Of a stretch of DNA of 64,000 nt, positions 12,908-27,290 are shown piece by piece. The stretch comes from Marsupella aquatica. Its lineage: Eukaryota > Plantae > Marchantiophyta. Each line of letters starts with the position of its first letter. Positions within the stretch are counted from its first letter, which is position 1. Under the pieces are notes generated by a model that saw nothing but the letters and a program-made list of their open reading frames with translations, had not been told where the DNA came from and searched no databases. The translations under genes and the position numbers were made by a program. The stretch is from the NCBI GenBank assembly GCA_973895155.1, contig OZ316893.1, positions 7,030,963 to 7,094,962 on the forward strand, in the 5' to 3' direction.

Positions 12908-15289
12908 TAAGGTGAAAATCTTATTGATCTGACTGTAATGCAACTCCAGAACCTGATCTAAGAATAATTCAGTGGGGACCTCACTTGGAATCTGGAGGGT
13001 TTCTTTGTGGATTTCCAAGAGGCCTGCCCAAGTGCCAAAGTCATGGGACAGCTCACGTTGGGCATCCCCGAAGGTGAGCTTCCCAGTTATAATTTTGTGA
13101 TGGTGCCACGCCCAGTCACATCGGAGGTGGATCCCAAGTTTGTGCCACAATTTCCGGATGACCCCCTATGGATTTGGATGTGTGTGACATTGTGTGTATT
13201 TCGATCTTTCCAGACATGCCAACACACAAAAGCTCTGAGAGTATGCCACAATTTCATAATTAGGTATGTCCCACTCCTCAGGTAGTGTTGCTCCCACTAA
13301 GACATGTGCAGGCTATAGTTAAACAAGGTTTCCCCTGGAGAAGGCGCACAACAGCAAGATGTGATTTACCTCCAGACAATTTGCGATCAAGGGCAGCCCC
13401 ACATACAATGGACAATATCTCCCTGTTGATGGATTGCATCTGGTGCACCAGATGGTGGCATCCGTAGATGGTGGTTTTGGAAAACACCAGTGCTAGGTGG
13501 CAGGTATTCTGTAGATCAGCTCCCACAAGAAGCAGTTCTCGGCAGCAGCACAAAAGGGTAGCCAAGATGGGTAGCCAAGATCCCTCCATAGCAAAGGGGG
13601 ACTGGGCCTCCACTCCTGGTAGCCTACTTGTGTACAGCTAGCTCTGTGTAAAGTCCCGGGAGATGGTCCCTGTATTTCCCGCAGGTGGGCCGTGTTAGTC
13701 TCCATAAATGGATGACCATCTTTCCATTTATACAGCAGCAGCGGTGTCAAAAGTCCCATTGGTCTTGCAATGCTATGAAATCGGGTATGAAATTGTTGAA
13801 TTGAAATTGTTGCCATCGGGATGTGATGGAGTTTCCTTGTATTGAGTCTTCCCAGATTTGCAGAGTACTGTCTGAAAGAGAAGCTTCCATGAAGACTTGG
13901 GTCCGTTGTTCGGGATCTTGGTGGACTTCAAGGGTGCTTATAAGATTAGCAACCAATTCCTGTATGCTACAGCACAGTTCCCCGGCGTACATCACAAGGT
14001 CCATCTTCCCACTTATTAAAGTGACCATCCATTGCGGAGACATCCCCCATGGATAGAAAACCAGATCTCTTGATTTTCCTTTGAGGATTGGTATGACATT
14101 TGGCATGGCTGCTGCTGATAAGGATTCCACAATGGCAGGGCTCCCCATCCTTCCATGTGCCCAGGGGGTGACGGCCTCAGGTTCTTTGGTCATGTTCCAT
14201 CCTGTGCACACGTTAACCCAGACCTATGATGCACTATGCGGTAGAGAATGGCAATGTGAAAAAACCCAAACAGTTGAAATCATCCCCCCCCCCCCCCATT
14301 TATGCTGTTAAGGTAGTTTGATCTCATGTTGGAGGATTTAATGTAGAGGGTGGTCCCTTTGTGCCCAGACAATGAAGTTTCCAGCCAGCGCCCTGAATTG
14401 GGATGCCAACAAGATCAACCCGAGCCCCCCAAATTTCATTGGTTGAGTGATAGTGGAAAAATTGACCCTGGATCTGGCCTTCAAATTCTGTCCTGCCCCC
14501 AATCCTGCCCACACAAAAGCAGTAATCTTTTTTTGAAGGGTGTTCAGTGTGCTATGTTGTCCAGCCCACACAGTCAACGTGAACCACAATGTGCTCATAA
14601 CCAGGTGGTTAGCGACCGTGACTTGTGCAATAAGTGATCCAGAGCTTCTACAGACCATGTCCAACCTAGACTCAAGCTTTTCAGATAAGAATAAGACCTT
14701 TTGCAATTCTGAGATGCCCTGAGCAATTGGAATCCCGAGTTTAATGGCGTTGACTTCAGTCTCCCATTCCATGGGAGTTGTCTGAATTTACTCAGGATTC
14801 TACGTGAGAAAAAAGGCGGCCTTTGTTTTCTCCCAACTACATAGTAGCCTAGAGACCATGCCAAAAAGATCCAGCAACTGTTTGCAATTCTCAACAATTT
14901 CCATCACCGCCCAAATCTGCATAGGAAGATCATCAGCATAAAGATTGTGGACATTGTGCATCACCACAGCTTGGATGTTAACTCCATGAGTGAATATGAC
15001 CCCGTATAACTTCCCATTGTATTAAACAACTAAGTGTCTCAATATATTGCAATCAAAAAAAGCAAAGGAGACAAGGGGCATCCTTGCCTCACAGATCTGG
15101 TCAAGTCAAATGGAGCAATCATTCTTCCATTGAGAAGAACAGCCAAGGAGGCAAAACCTTGCGTGGTTCTTATGAATTGCATGAGCAGTCATCAAACCCC
15201 ACCTTCTGCCATGAGAGTCAGCAAAAAATGGCAGGTCCAACTTTTCAAAAACCTTGCTCAAGTGCCTCAATCCAAGGGGTGTCCCACAT

Positions 15290-15530
15290 CACCCTAAAAT
15301 TAAGTCAATAAAGTTTTTTGAGTAATTTTTTACCCCTAACTTAATGGGATAACCTTGGAATATTCCTAAATTTGGTTTTTAAAACCCTATGATTCTGATA
15401 ATTCTCAAAACTTGATTAAAACAACCCTAATGTTCTTCAACAAATTTAAAAGTCTTTCACTAAACTCAATAAAAAAACCTTGTACTTATTTTCACGTGAT
15501 GGGTTGGAAGAAAAGAAGTGAGGACCTTGG
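15290..15530 (+). mobile_element. MITE family A, truncated copy inside the LINE RT
   Basis: accctaatgttctt, aagtctt, caataaaa and cacgtgatg...gaagtgag match the other copies. Confidence 0.55.
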
Positions 15531-16235
15531 GAAGCCGGCCTTCAGTTGGTGATGTCCAATTTGAGCAGAATGTAATCGAGCTTGGAGGCCTACGCATGGT
15601 GGATCATCTCATTTAGCAGCATAAGTGAGTGATAGATATTGCAGCCCAGTAGGAAAGCAAACTGTTGAGCTATTATGAATTGTTGGAGTATCAGGAAGAG
15701 TCTTAGCTGAAAAGCTTTGGCTCCAATTTTATGAACCATGTTTAGTAGGGTAGTAGGTCCTTTGTTGTTTAAGTACCAATCCATGGTCATCTTCTTTTTG
15801 GAGAAGGACAATGAAGCCCCAAGTGACTTTAGAAGAGAAAATTCTTTCACGTACCCATTCCTTGCAAGAGGACTCTGTGCAAGGAGCCAGGGCCCAACCA
15901 TCTTCCAGTGTGACACAAAGAATTCCGCAGGGACACCATTTGGCCGAGTCTGGACATTTGTTGCCAGCCAATGCAGCAGCTACTTTGCCCAGATCTTCCA
16001 CTATGAGAGGTGCATTCAGCAGGGTTCGATCTTCCATCGTAAGTTTGTAGCTCAAGAACTTGTGCAAGTGAGGGTCAATAGGTGAGCCAAGGATATCCTT
16101 AAAGAATACAATGGCCATATCAACCATCGAGCTCCAATCTCAAACAATTCTGTCCTCTTAAACAATTAAGTGATCTCATTGTTCATGGCCAAACCCTTGA
16201 AGGTGCAAAAGAAGAGCCTGGAACATTTGTCCACC

Positions 16236-16532
16236 CTCGAGGGTCTTATTATATGAAGGCCTCCCCATCACCTGCAACGTTTTTAGGCCTTGGACCCCCT
16301 AAAATGTAAGAAAATGAATAAAATTTTCAACCACTAAAAAGTTAGAATATTCGTGGAATATTCCAACAATTTGGTTAGAAATACCCTAATGTTCTTATGA
16401 GTCTCAAAATTTTATTTAAAAGACCCCATTGTTCTTCTGAGAAAATTCTTAAGTCTTCCCTTTGAACCAATAAAATGGCCCTATCCTTCGTCGCACGTGA
16501 TGTGCCATTTTTGTGGAAGTGAAACCCTTAAG
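16236..16532 (+). mobile_element. MITE family A copy inserted in the LINE, with 8-bp TSD
   Basis: Perfect TSD TGTCCACC at 16228-16235 and 16533-16540; TIRs CTCGAGGGTCTTA / TGAAACCCTTAAG. Confidence 0.85.
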
Positions 16533-19500
16533 TGTCCACCTCTCCAATCCATTGTGATTACAAGATGTAGTCCATCCAATGAGCCTTTTTATTCTCAAAT
16601 TTGGGTAACAATGTTTTGGCATCCTTCACCGAATCTTGGTGATTCACGTCTAAAGGTTCCCTTTCCAAAATCAATTGTGCCCAACAGAGCCTGTCCCAGA
16701 GTGTTGTCTCCCTCCTTTGTCTCTCCAGCCCATTGAGGAGTGTACACTAGAGATTGGGTGAATCGGCTGTGTAAATGCCTAAGAGTTCAACCTTCCCCAA
16801 TTTCTTATGGATCATATAGCACTAGACGGCCAGATTGCCATCTATGACACCCTCTGATATCACATATTGATATAAACATTGCTTGATGGCCAATGCCATA
16901 CCATCCATACCAACATTGACACAATCATTTTGGATGGTTGAGTGAGCTCCATCTGTAGCCGAGGCACACACCCAATGCAGAAACCATCAAACTTCCAAAA
17001 TTTTGCCCATTTTGCTAGCACAAAGTTTGTGATGCCTCCTGGATGCACAGGATATCAAGGGTATGTTGAAGACCCTCCAAAATGAAGCAGGCCACACACG
17101 TCTTCTCCTTGAGGCTAGTCGGGCCCTCACATTGTATGTTAGAAATGTTGAGCTTGTGCATGTTGTGTTGGGGGGATTTTATGGTAGTAAATTCTATTGG
17201 GAGCAAGAGATTCTAGTTGTCGGGGGCGCTTTGCTCTAGAAGAGAAATCACCAAGATCAGATGGCAAGGAGTCTGATTTCGTTTCCAAGGATTCCTTTGA
17301 AAGCTTTTTCTTGCAGATGGTAACATTCCCTAGCTATCAAGTCAGGGAGCTGTAGCAAAATGATGTCCACTAGTAGAATTGGTGTATCTGATGGGGTTAC
17401 CTCAACTGGTTGCGTCTGTGCCAAATGTGCCTTGGGTGATTCGTTTTCCTTTTGTGATATCCACACGTTCCTGAGTGGCCTCCTTGGGGGCCTCCTTGAA
17501 TTTGATGGGGGTGAACATTTGGAGATGTGGTCCCAATATGAGCTGTTGGAAGTGATACTGTGGCTATGATTAGTTTCCCAAATGTCAACGTTATGTGCAA
17601 AGATGTGTTGCTTGATGATTATGTGAGACTACCACTAGCACCAGGTAAATAATTTATTGGTATCCGAGTTGTCACATTGGTTGACAGGTCTGTGAGCAGC
17701 CCTCCGTTGGCGCTTCCTGGAAGAGGTGGAAGACAGTTGTCTAGGGGGGCAATGTGTTGCAGCCAGTTTACAGCCACCTTGCATGACCTTCTCAGCTTCA
17801 AATTTTTTTGCACGATGCGCAACGTGCTGCAATCCTCCCAGTCCTATTGTTCTTCAGCCCAATCTCTCCAGTAATCTGCCTCAGCCCTTGCCTTGCGGGC
17901 TTTGTGGAAGGCCACCTGGTCCAATTTTACCTTTTGTTGTGGCGTATTGTCTGATGCAATTGGACAGTTGGCGAGCTGCATCAGATTGTATGTGTCAACC
18001 CTTGAATAGGCAGGTTGTGGCTGCATGCACTTGGATGCAAAGTGCCTGTATGAAAACATAAGCAACAAATGATGAATAAGCAACATATGAATGGAGATTC
18101 CTTCCGATGTAGTAAAAAAGGACAGTAGTAATGCTTGGCCTGCTGAGTTGAACTTTTCCATGCACTGGGAAAACCTTCTGAGTGGTCTCGACCACGTCTG
18201 AGATGTGGTGCTGTTTAATGCCAGGCGCCCGCTTTGCCCGGATGAACCTCCCAACTGGGGACACCACAAATTTGATGTATTTGTAAATGTCCAGACTGCC
18301 ATTTCTGATGTAAACCAAGACTAGGTGTTTGAAATTGGGTGAATTGTAGGGTTGGAAATTTGGTGTGTAGTTATTCACTGTTGCAAAACAGTCAAGAGCT
18401 TTCAAAGGAGAGCCTTGAAGGAGACATTTTTGAGGACATTTCTTGACGTGATTGCCCACATTAGCATCAAATTGGACTATGAATAGTGCATGTGCCAGTT
18501 CTTGGTGCAGAGTTAATTTGTTTTTGTTCTCCTGGTTGAAAGCCAAAATCCACTCTATGGCCAGCCTGGTGTCACATTTGGATTCAAATCCGAGCACCAC
18601 CTTGTTACCAAACACCTTCTTTGTACTGAGTTGTAGGATGTCAGGCAGGATGTAGATGATTCCTGAATTTGGAACAATAGGTATGGAACCACCTTTCAAT
18701 GAATGAGTGCTTGGCGGGGGTGGTCATCACCACTACATTGTAACCCGGTGCCGCAGATTTTCTTGGTGTATGTTGTAATGTTCATTGCGATTGACTGCTT
18801 GCCATAGGATCCTAACATGTCATTGGGAGGATGTGAGGAGTGGCAGGATGTCCCCCATATCACCCTTCCATTGGTGCAGCAGGGAAAGAGATTGAAAGTG
18901 TCCTTGATCCACACCAGTCTGCAGAATTCCAGCTGTGTTACGAGCAAAATGTTTGTTTCCACATAAGGCACAGACCACAACCATGTTTATTTGGGTGCCC
19001 CTCCATCCTTCTTATGCTTGCGTGTGTGGTCGTGATATCATTTTGTGATGACAGTGACAACAAATGGCATCTAGAGCAAAAGACCGCAACAACTCATGCA
19101 GGGATTGACAAAATTTAACAAAAAGTGTTTGCTTGTGATGTGCTGGGAGGGGCGTAGGGTTGAGCTGGTGCATAATTTGGGGTGTGTACAACTCGGTGTA
19201 CAAACAGACTGAGATTACCCTAAGTAAACTCAAGGTAGCTGTTAAGATAGGACAAGGGCATCAGCATAAAAAGGATGTAGCTGTTAATTAGGAGAGGATA
19301 AGGGTCACAGGCTACAACGAAGTGACTAACCCAGGGACTAACTTGGAAAGGTTACTCCCAAACAGTAGGCTATGGTGTAGGTGGGTAAGTTTCAAAGGCA
19401 CCGTTGAGTTCCCCGCTACCACAGTAAGTGTTGCATCCCCCAAAAGAAAACCATGTGTAGGGTTCTCACCTTCTCTTCTCGCACGAGAGTCCCGGAGCTC

Positions 19501-19908
19501 TACATGGCAGCCTCTTTTCCATCTCACAATCATGGAATCCTGAACAAACAACTTTTCTGCTCAATTAAATCTATCTCACAATCTCTTGACAATTTTTAGC
19601 CATTGCTCCGGCTCATAAATGGTAACTATGGCCTCATATGATCCACTGGCGTTTTTGTATTTTATTCAAAGTCAGAGTGGACAAGTGCAGTCTTCTCACA
19701 TTTTGCTTGTTTAATATAAGACCAAGGGAGATTTTGAGTGGACTTCCTTTGATTTTGGGTGGACTTTTTTTGTTTGCTGTACAATATTGTGCTTTCTTTG
19801 GCCCTTTCTCTATAATGCATATTTCTTTAATTCAAGTACTTATCCAGTAAGATAATTCCTGGGACAGCCTAGACAGATATTTCCAATTTTGACCTTTCTG
19901 AAAGCAGG

Positions 19909-20158
19909 TAGCTCTCTCACTCAGGCCAGCCCTTTTTTTGTGGCCAAAGATTGCTAGATCCACCTCTCTAAAAAGTTTTCGCCACTCTGTGGCAAGATTT
20001 TTCTCTAGGATGTGTGTTTTCTCTCCACTTTTGTCCTTTGTGAAAGTAGTTAGCTCTCTCACCTTTTTTTGGCGAAAAATTGCTAGGTTTCACATCTCTA
20101 AAAAGTCTTGGCCAGTCTGGCAAAAATTGGCCCCATTGGCTAGGATGTGTGTTTTCCA
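19909..20158. repeat. Degenerate two-copy tandem repeat, ~140-bp period
   Basis: agctctctcac...ttgctag...tctctaaaaagt...ctaggatgtgtgttttc occurs twice. Confidence 0.6.
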
Positions 20159-23100
20159 TTAGAGCATCTCTTACCGTGTACCCTATTTGCTTACTTAATA
20201 CATTAGATATAACATAAAGAGTTGTCTTTTTTTAGTTACTGTATATAACAAGGGTAATATATCAAAAAGCAGAGCCCAGTGGTTTCTGGGGCTTTGAATA
20301 CCTTCTGACATAGGCACCATTGGATATTAATTATTGGATCTTGGAGAACATATGGGTTGAATCATTCCATGGGTGCGCTATACAACAGCTCATATATAAA
20401 AAAGGCAGCCCTAATAGGTTACTGTCACCTATTTTGCTTGACTTTAATCGGTTTGGTCAACATAGCCTTATAGTAGACCAACACGCTAATCGCAGGAGAT
20501 GCTCTTAGTCAGTTCTCTACCTAAAGCTAGATCCCATTAGCCAGAATCTTCTCCTTCACTTTAACCTAAGAAAATCAGATATTAAGATTATTCCTAGCAT
20601 CTTCAGTCTTACTGGGCCCAAAAAAACCTTGAAAAGTAAGCTGCATTGTAGTATATACTACAATGCGCTCTGGCCCCTGTTCTGTACCATGCACATAAAG
20701 TGCAACCTTAAATGGTTAAGAACTCTTCAGGGGTACACCCAATCCACCATTCTTTCTTTGAAAGATTTTCATTGAATTCGTTGAAAAAAGGAATACACCA
20801 TTTTTGGGCTTCCATTCTCATTGGCGCGTGTATCTGGGGGTTGAGTCAGGGCACTTCACTGATTGATACAGTGTACTGTGCAAAAAAGCACAATTAGTGC
20901 ATTCAATTCCCGTGGGTAACTGCAGGTTGGTAGTGTGGTCCCCTTATAATATTGCAAATGTACCAAAAATTGCACTGTGTGTAAATGCAAGATAGAGGCC
21001 ACTAAACTATAAATACATAAGTGCATTTTTGTCTATGGAAGTGTACATGCATTTATCAATTACTCCAATACAAATAGTAGGAGCACTTTTTGATAAGTGC
21101 AGCTTCCAATTACACACAATAGTTTCATATACTTATCCTCTTGAATGGTGCACTCTAAGGGGATATGATGAGTCCAACGTGTATGACTTGACAATACATT
21201 TGGCAAAGTGCATAATCTATTTTACATGCACTTTGTGCAAAGTGCAGCATCCACATACTAAGAAATACATAAATGATAGCCAATGCACATCACGTGACAC
21301 CCAAACAAATAGCATTATGCAAAAGAAACATAATGCGGATGAATTGGATATCTTTTGATGCTAAAAACCTCACTGACTGCTTATTGTGACAAGGGGCTGA
21401 TAGTGAGCACCGGTCCGCGTGCTCTGCCTAAGCACAGTAGGACGAAAGTGCACCTCCTCCATATGCCCAATAATTTAAGCTTGAATAACTTGCTTCTGGC
21501 CGGGTTCCTAAGAAAAAAGGCAAAAATTATTGACTTTGCCAAGCTTGCTTCCTGTACCGTGGTAGAGATTTACTGTAGGTCCTCGTTCCTGGTTCTTTTA
21601 TTGAAAGGGGGAACCCTTGAACATTCCTCATTCTTAGTTCAGTGACGTGCAGGGAGTCTGAAAATTGGGCTGCGGTGGGTTAAAGTCTGTTGTCGACTGG
21701 TTCGTTAGAGACTTTCCCGTATCTCATATTCCAAGCAAGCCAAAGTGTTTGTCCTTTGCAGGTTGAGAGAAACCAGTGTCGTAAAGAGTGGAGTACTAAA
21801 ATGGACAGTGTACTTATCAGTGAAGCGTACCTTTTGTTGTGGCTAATGGCCGGAATTGATTCTAGTTTCCTTCGGGGTTTCCTTACAAGCCGATTGAATT
21901 CATTCGTCTATTTGCAGCGTGGGCAGCCAAGAGACCAGCAGATCTCCTCTCCAATGAACTTGGCCACATCGTTAGCTTTTGCAAATGTTGTTGCAATCTA
22001 ATGAAGCCTGATCGAGAAACAGCTTACACTTCTTTCAGCTCGAACTAGAAGTGCGGGTCGTTCAACTCATAGTGTGGGATTATGAAATCAGTGGGAAGAT
22101 GATTTCTGTTGTGGATTGCACACCAAATGTACGTGCCAAAGCCACAGACTGTCTTTGTGACAGGCTGTGGTGAACTCTGGAATTCAGGGATTGCAGCAGT
22201 TGCTGCTTTATCATCTGACTCTCAATGCTGATTCAAGCAGTCCCTGGTCAGAAAATCAGAGTACTGAATGCCCACAAGAGAATCTAAACTTGAACTGGCA
22301 GCTTCTGGTATACTGACATTTAAGGCTACATGACGAGTTCAAAGTTGGAGAAAAGCAGTTTGGAAGCCAGGGGTAAACCCAACTTTCGGGCTCACTTTTT
22401 AATGTTGCTTAGTTGGGTCAAGATAAGCCTTGGGAATTAGCATTAATAACTACAAAGTCAGGCAAGTTCGGATGATATTGCTGATTTATTTTATTTTATT
22501 TTGTTTTATTGATAGGTTTTCTTGCTCCGTATTCATTGGCAATCTAGATTTTAACACTGTTGGGTGTCCCTATGTAGAGAGCATTTTCCTTGAGTACTCA
22601 ATTGTAGTACACAAAACTTAATTAGATTGCAAGACAAGGAACGTGCATAAATCCATTATGAACCCCAATTAGCTGTCCTTCACAAAATTCCCGGCACCAG
22701 AGTGTGTCATGTCAGCAAGGACTATGACAAATTATAGGGCATATATGATGGTTCTACAAAGATAAATAACTGCCCCAATTGAGGCCCAAATCACGTTCGT
22801 GACAATTGTTGTGTAACGTTTGGATTGCAATGCGGTAAAAGAACTTGCCCTGCAATTTTAAAAGAACCATGTATAGATATGATGCCCGAAACTTACAGAA
22901 TTGTCATTTGCAAAAAGATCATGTTGCAAGAAATATGTCAATGTGAAAATACGTCATTGTGGAGAAGATGGCATTGTTCACAAGAAGCCAATGCATATGT
23001 TGTGTTGTTTGTAAACATATGGTGATGCACAAATGATGTCATTACAGTGTAAAACATATTGCTGCAAAAATGAGATTTTGTAAGATAATTGTGACATTTG

Positions 23101-26100
23101 TAGAGAAAATATCATTGCGCAAAGATATTGTTGTATAAAACATATAATTTGTGGAAAAGATAACATATCAAGAAATATGTTACTCAATGCTAGCCATTTT
23201 CATCTATGCATAGGAGTCATTAAGGGAACTTGATTTTGTTTTATAATTATTTAAATATTTATTTCTTAATTTTCTAATAGTAATCTAAATTTCCTTTTAA
23301 TGTTTTTATTTATTTACTGTTTTGTGGGGTCCTACCCCTCCCCTCGTGGCCACGGATGGGAAGGCGCAGTATCAGCCTTGGTCCTTGTGCATGGGTGTCA
23401 AGACTCCCTATTTTCTTGTGCCATAATGCACCATCCTTCCCATCCGTCATCCGTGGTCTTTGCCATGCTTTTACTTGTCTCTTTCTTTGGTACTCCTTCA
23501 CGTGTATTTTTTGGCTCATGTGTCTTCTTTATTGCTCCCCTCTTCTGCCCTTTATTTGGCACCGAAACATCCTATATTTTGTAAGATGACCACTGTAAAA
23601 AGTGCCGGGACCATGTATAATAATTGTTAACGGGGATAACTAGAGACAACATAGGGGTCCATCTACGCTTTAGTTTCGAAAACAATCATTGGACTCAGAG
23701 TGAAAGTTTGAAAAGAAATCCACTTTTTTAGAAAAGTAGAGAAATATGATTTCAATAATGAGTAGCAGTGAATAAGTACAAGGTTAATGAGTGGAAACCA
23801 TCTCTAAGTAACTGTTTTAATTGAAAAGGGTAAACAATGATTTCTATAAAAGTGAACAGTAAAGGAATGAACGGGCATTGTGTTCAACCCTACATTAAAT
23901 GACAAAAACAAAAGAACAAGGTCACTTTATTAGCAAAAGCAATTAATATTAGACTTTAGAGTACCAGTTCAAGTGAAACCAAAGCCAGGATGACTTGAAG
24001 GTTGTCTCCCATCTCCATGGGCTGTGACACATAAACTAAATATTTTACACGTAATGATGAAAAAATCTAGGTAATCGATGCTCTAATTAACTCTTTACCC
24101 ACATTTCCAGTGAACCAAAAATATGTATTGAATGAAACAAAAGTTTACATCTAGTAGTGTATTTGAAAATTTTGAGATCTCTGTAACCACAAAGTACTTG
24201 AAACGCTTATTGTAACAAGAGCAGCGCTCTTTGAAAAATATAATTCCTCGGAACTCTGCAGTGGGAAATTAATTGACGCACTCTTTGTGAAAGAGCAATA
24301 CTCTCTGAAAAATAAGATTTCTCAACAATACCCTCTTAGATTAAAAATCTGAGATAGCTTTCTTGCAACAAAATAAGTCAAACCCCTCCTTAACACAAGA
24401 GTGACACTCTATGGAAAATATGATTCCATCTCAAGCACAATGCTCTATGAAAATCAAGATTTGCACCCAGTTTTCCTAGTGAAAATTGTTATTTTAGTTC
24501 AGGGGGATTGTGTTGCTTGTTTTCCCCCTTTTGTGGGATTTTTGCAATCTATTATAAACATAAAAATATTCTTGAAGAAAAAATAGAGTTAATTTTGCTT
24601 TTGCTCATTGAACAAATTACTTGAGTCACTAGAGTAAATTGTGAAGAGCTTAGTCTATATAAGTTTATTATCACGAAGTCCAAATTAGGCATCCAAATAC
24701 CCAAACATATCTTACATATTTTATGGTTTTTTATTGAACTCTAAAAAATGGTTAAAGTGACTAACTTAAAGGAAAAGGATATTAAGAGAATACAAGGAGA
24801 CTTGCAATCAATGCTGATCTGGTTGGTACATGGTACCTTTGGACAAAAATGGATAGAGGTGATGCTTTGACAAGGATAGAGGTATTGATGACACACAACT
24901 TGAGCAATCGACAAAGACTGAAAAAAGTTATTAATATGGGGAAGACAACTTTAACAATATGCTCAATTCTTTCAGGTAAATTATATAGCCAAAGTGCATT
25001 CAGAGTGTTGTAAATTTGTATTAAATTGGTGTGCATTAAATTTAGTTTTATTTATAAGAATGACATCAAAAGCTCATCTACAATAACAAGAGTATGCCAC
25101 AAGAAAAATGATGGCTTGGAGTGAGCCATTAGTTATAACTATCTGTAATATTATCTTGGGCAATTTAGTTTGAAGATTCAATTTGTTAATATATACTAAT
25201 AAAAGAAAATTATCATCATTATCCTAATATCATGGCAAATGGAAACAAAGACAAAAATCATAAGGGTAGGATCATCACAAGTGTTTTGGAGAGAGAGGTT
25301 ATATATAGACCAACCTTCATGGGAGTATGAATACTCATTTCCTTGCATGATGTAGATTCTATAATAAATTGTACATTATGATGTTACTTGTCATTTTATT
25401 AAATGTAGCTTTCTTCAATATGTAGAGATTAATAACTCTAATAAACTGAATTAGTCTGTGTACCCCTTGTTGATCCAAGGAATGTGTGTAAATTTGTTTA
25501 TCTTTGAACAAAGATATGAATTTTTTCAGCCAAAAGGACTAGGGATACTAGAAACCCTGCCAATTGCCGGAGTGAAACTGCTAGCCGTGACCCTATAGGC
25601 ATGTAGTTACAAATATAGAGATACTAGTGAGCGAAAAGGTAAATTGAAGGCCATTTCTTCAGTCTGTCTCCAAAAAAGACTACTCTAGCTTGGGCTTCTA
25701 ACGTGGAAAATTAATCTCTAATTTACTTTTACATAAAAGCTGATATTATTAGAAGGTACTATCTCGCTGGGGTGGTGGACTGCCAAAAATTGTACAACAT
25801 TGTGCTATCAAAATAGGTTTTGTTTTGTGACATTAGCTAAATTTTTGAAAAGCTAAGAATGTCAAAATGTTTCCATCATGTTCACTGGACACACACACCT
25901 CAGACACGAGTAAACCTGTTGGTCTAGAGCTTTTTAAATTTTGTGTTGCTCTGCTTTGATTTGATAACTGAACATTGTAGTTTTGTGCAGAGATTTTTTA
26001 AAAGGGGAAATAAGTCTCAAATTGTAGTACATAGAAGATGCATTACAATAAGAGACAAATAGGAAATAACCCAGTAAGAAACAACAAGCGATCCTCTAGA

Positions 26101-27114
26101 CAAGTGCACCCGGGCCTGGTGCGATTGCAGCTGTTCAACTCAGAAAGTTAATGCTCTTTTGGACTCCTGTGATTACCTTGGTGGCCAAAGAATTCTATCA
26201 AAGTCTCCAAACTAATTCTGTAAAGCTTCCGCAACTAAGAATTGTATGCTCGATAGCGCTTCTTATCCATTGGTCCACAACAAAGGAGCATTATAATTGC
26301 AGACTAAGACCGAGCCTACGCACTATTACTTGTGCAGGCCCAGCTTATGTGAGTACCACCATCCAAATTGAAAAACATCCCATGTCTTCATCTCAGAAAA
26401 GCTTCCATCTTTGACTCTTTGATCTGAACAAGATAAGCAAGAAGTGACGGGCATGACATATAGCCACAATTGCTTATGACATCTCCTGCTCCAACCGCTT
26501 GTCACAAAATGAGACACAATGAGCTGAACGATGAGGCTGCCAATGTTTCGAATGCACATCCTGTCTTCAGGAAATCCTTCATGACAAGCCCTCGTTGATC
26601 CTCCTGTGGACTTACAAGAGAAATCCCGTATCCATCACAAATCCATATATTTGCTTGGTATGGATGCCAAAATTTGTTGGCTTCAACATATCCTACTATA
26701 CAACCAAACAAAATCTAGAAGACAAAGAAACAATTTTGTAGAGCTTGTTCAATTCTCCATATCTCTTGGATGGCTGATCATTGGTTGAAAGTTTAGAGAC
26801 AATGGTCCTGTTCTCAAAGGCTCCTCATTGCATTTGGAGTGTCACTGAGATGACTACTCACTGATCCCAACCTAAAGGCCATTATCGAACCACGTGATGC
26901 TAAGGGAGGAGGGTCCTTAGCCTCTTTTGTTCCAACGGTTTTGTTATTTGGGCAGTTACAGAAATACGGAACCTTACCTTTAATGTTGAACACTATTTAT
27001 TTTTATAAAAAGAAATTTATAAATGTAAGTAAAGGGATCATGGGTGAATGTTTTTAATTCTGTCATTTGTATCAATAGGTTTGGATGAATTACTTTTAAG
27101 TATTCTTACAATAC

Positions 27115-27290
27115 GTTTTGACGGCACGGCGTCCATAAAATTACACAAAAATTGACGTAAACAAGATGGAGAGGAGGTTATTCAATGCGCAAACATGATG
27201 CATCTTGTTTCATGCGGATGTTGCTGATGTGGCACGCCGTGGAATCTTGAATTTTGGAAGGGACCTCTAGTGGGGTCCGTAACAAAAATA
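27115..27290 (+). repeat. Solo copy of the long TIR found at 51808-52991
   Basis: gaattttggaagggacctctagtggggtccgtaa and ac..ca.ggcg match 51850-52010. Confidence 0.7.

Larger units (their letters stand above)
11690..19560 (-). mobile_element. Degenerate L1-clade LINE retrotransposon with nested MITEs
   Basis: Minus strand: ORF1-like 17995-18699, APE endonuclease (DILCIQE, ~17040), RT motifs SVRQGCPLSP (~15070-15095) and LYADD (~14925-14943), C-terminal fragments 13300-14770; many stops; ends approximate. Confidence 0.8.

Noticed and set aside
21400-22350. Possible LINE ORF1 fragment on the minus strand
   Set aside because: Only vague similarity and too many stops to support a call.
26100-26900. 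Possible paralog of the 53.5-kb relic (shared 17-mer ttcaggaaatccttcat)
   Set aside because: Similarity does not extend convincingly beyond the 17-mer; coding-like but unidentifiable.
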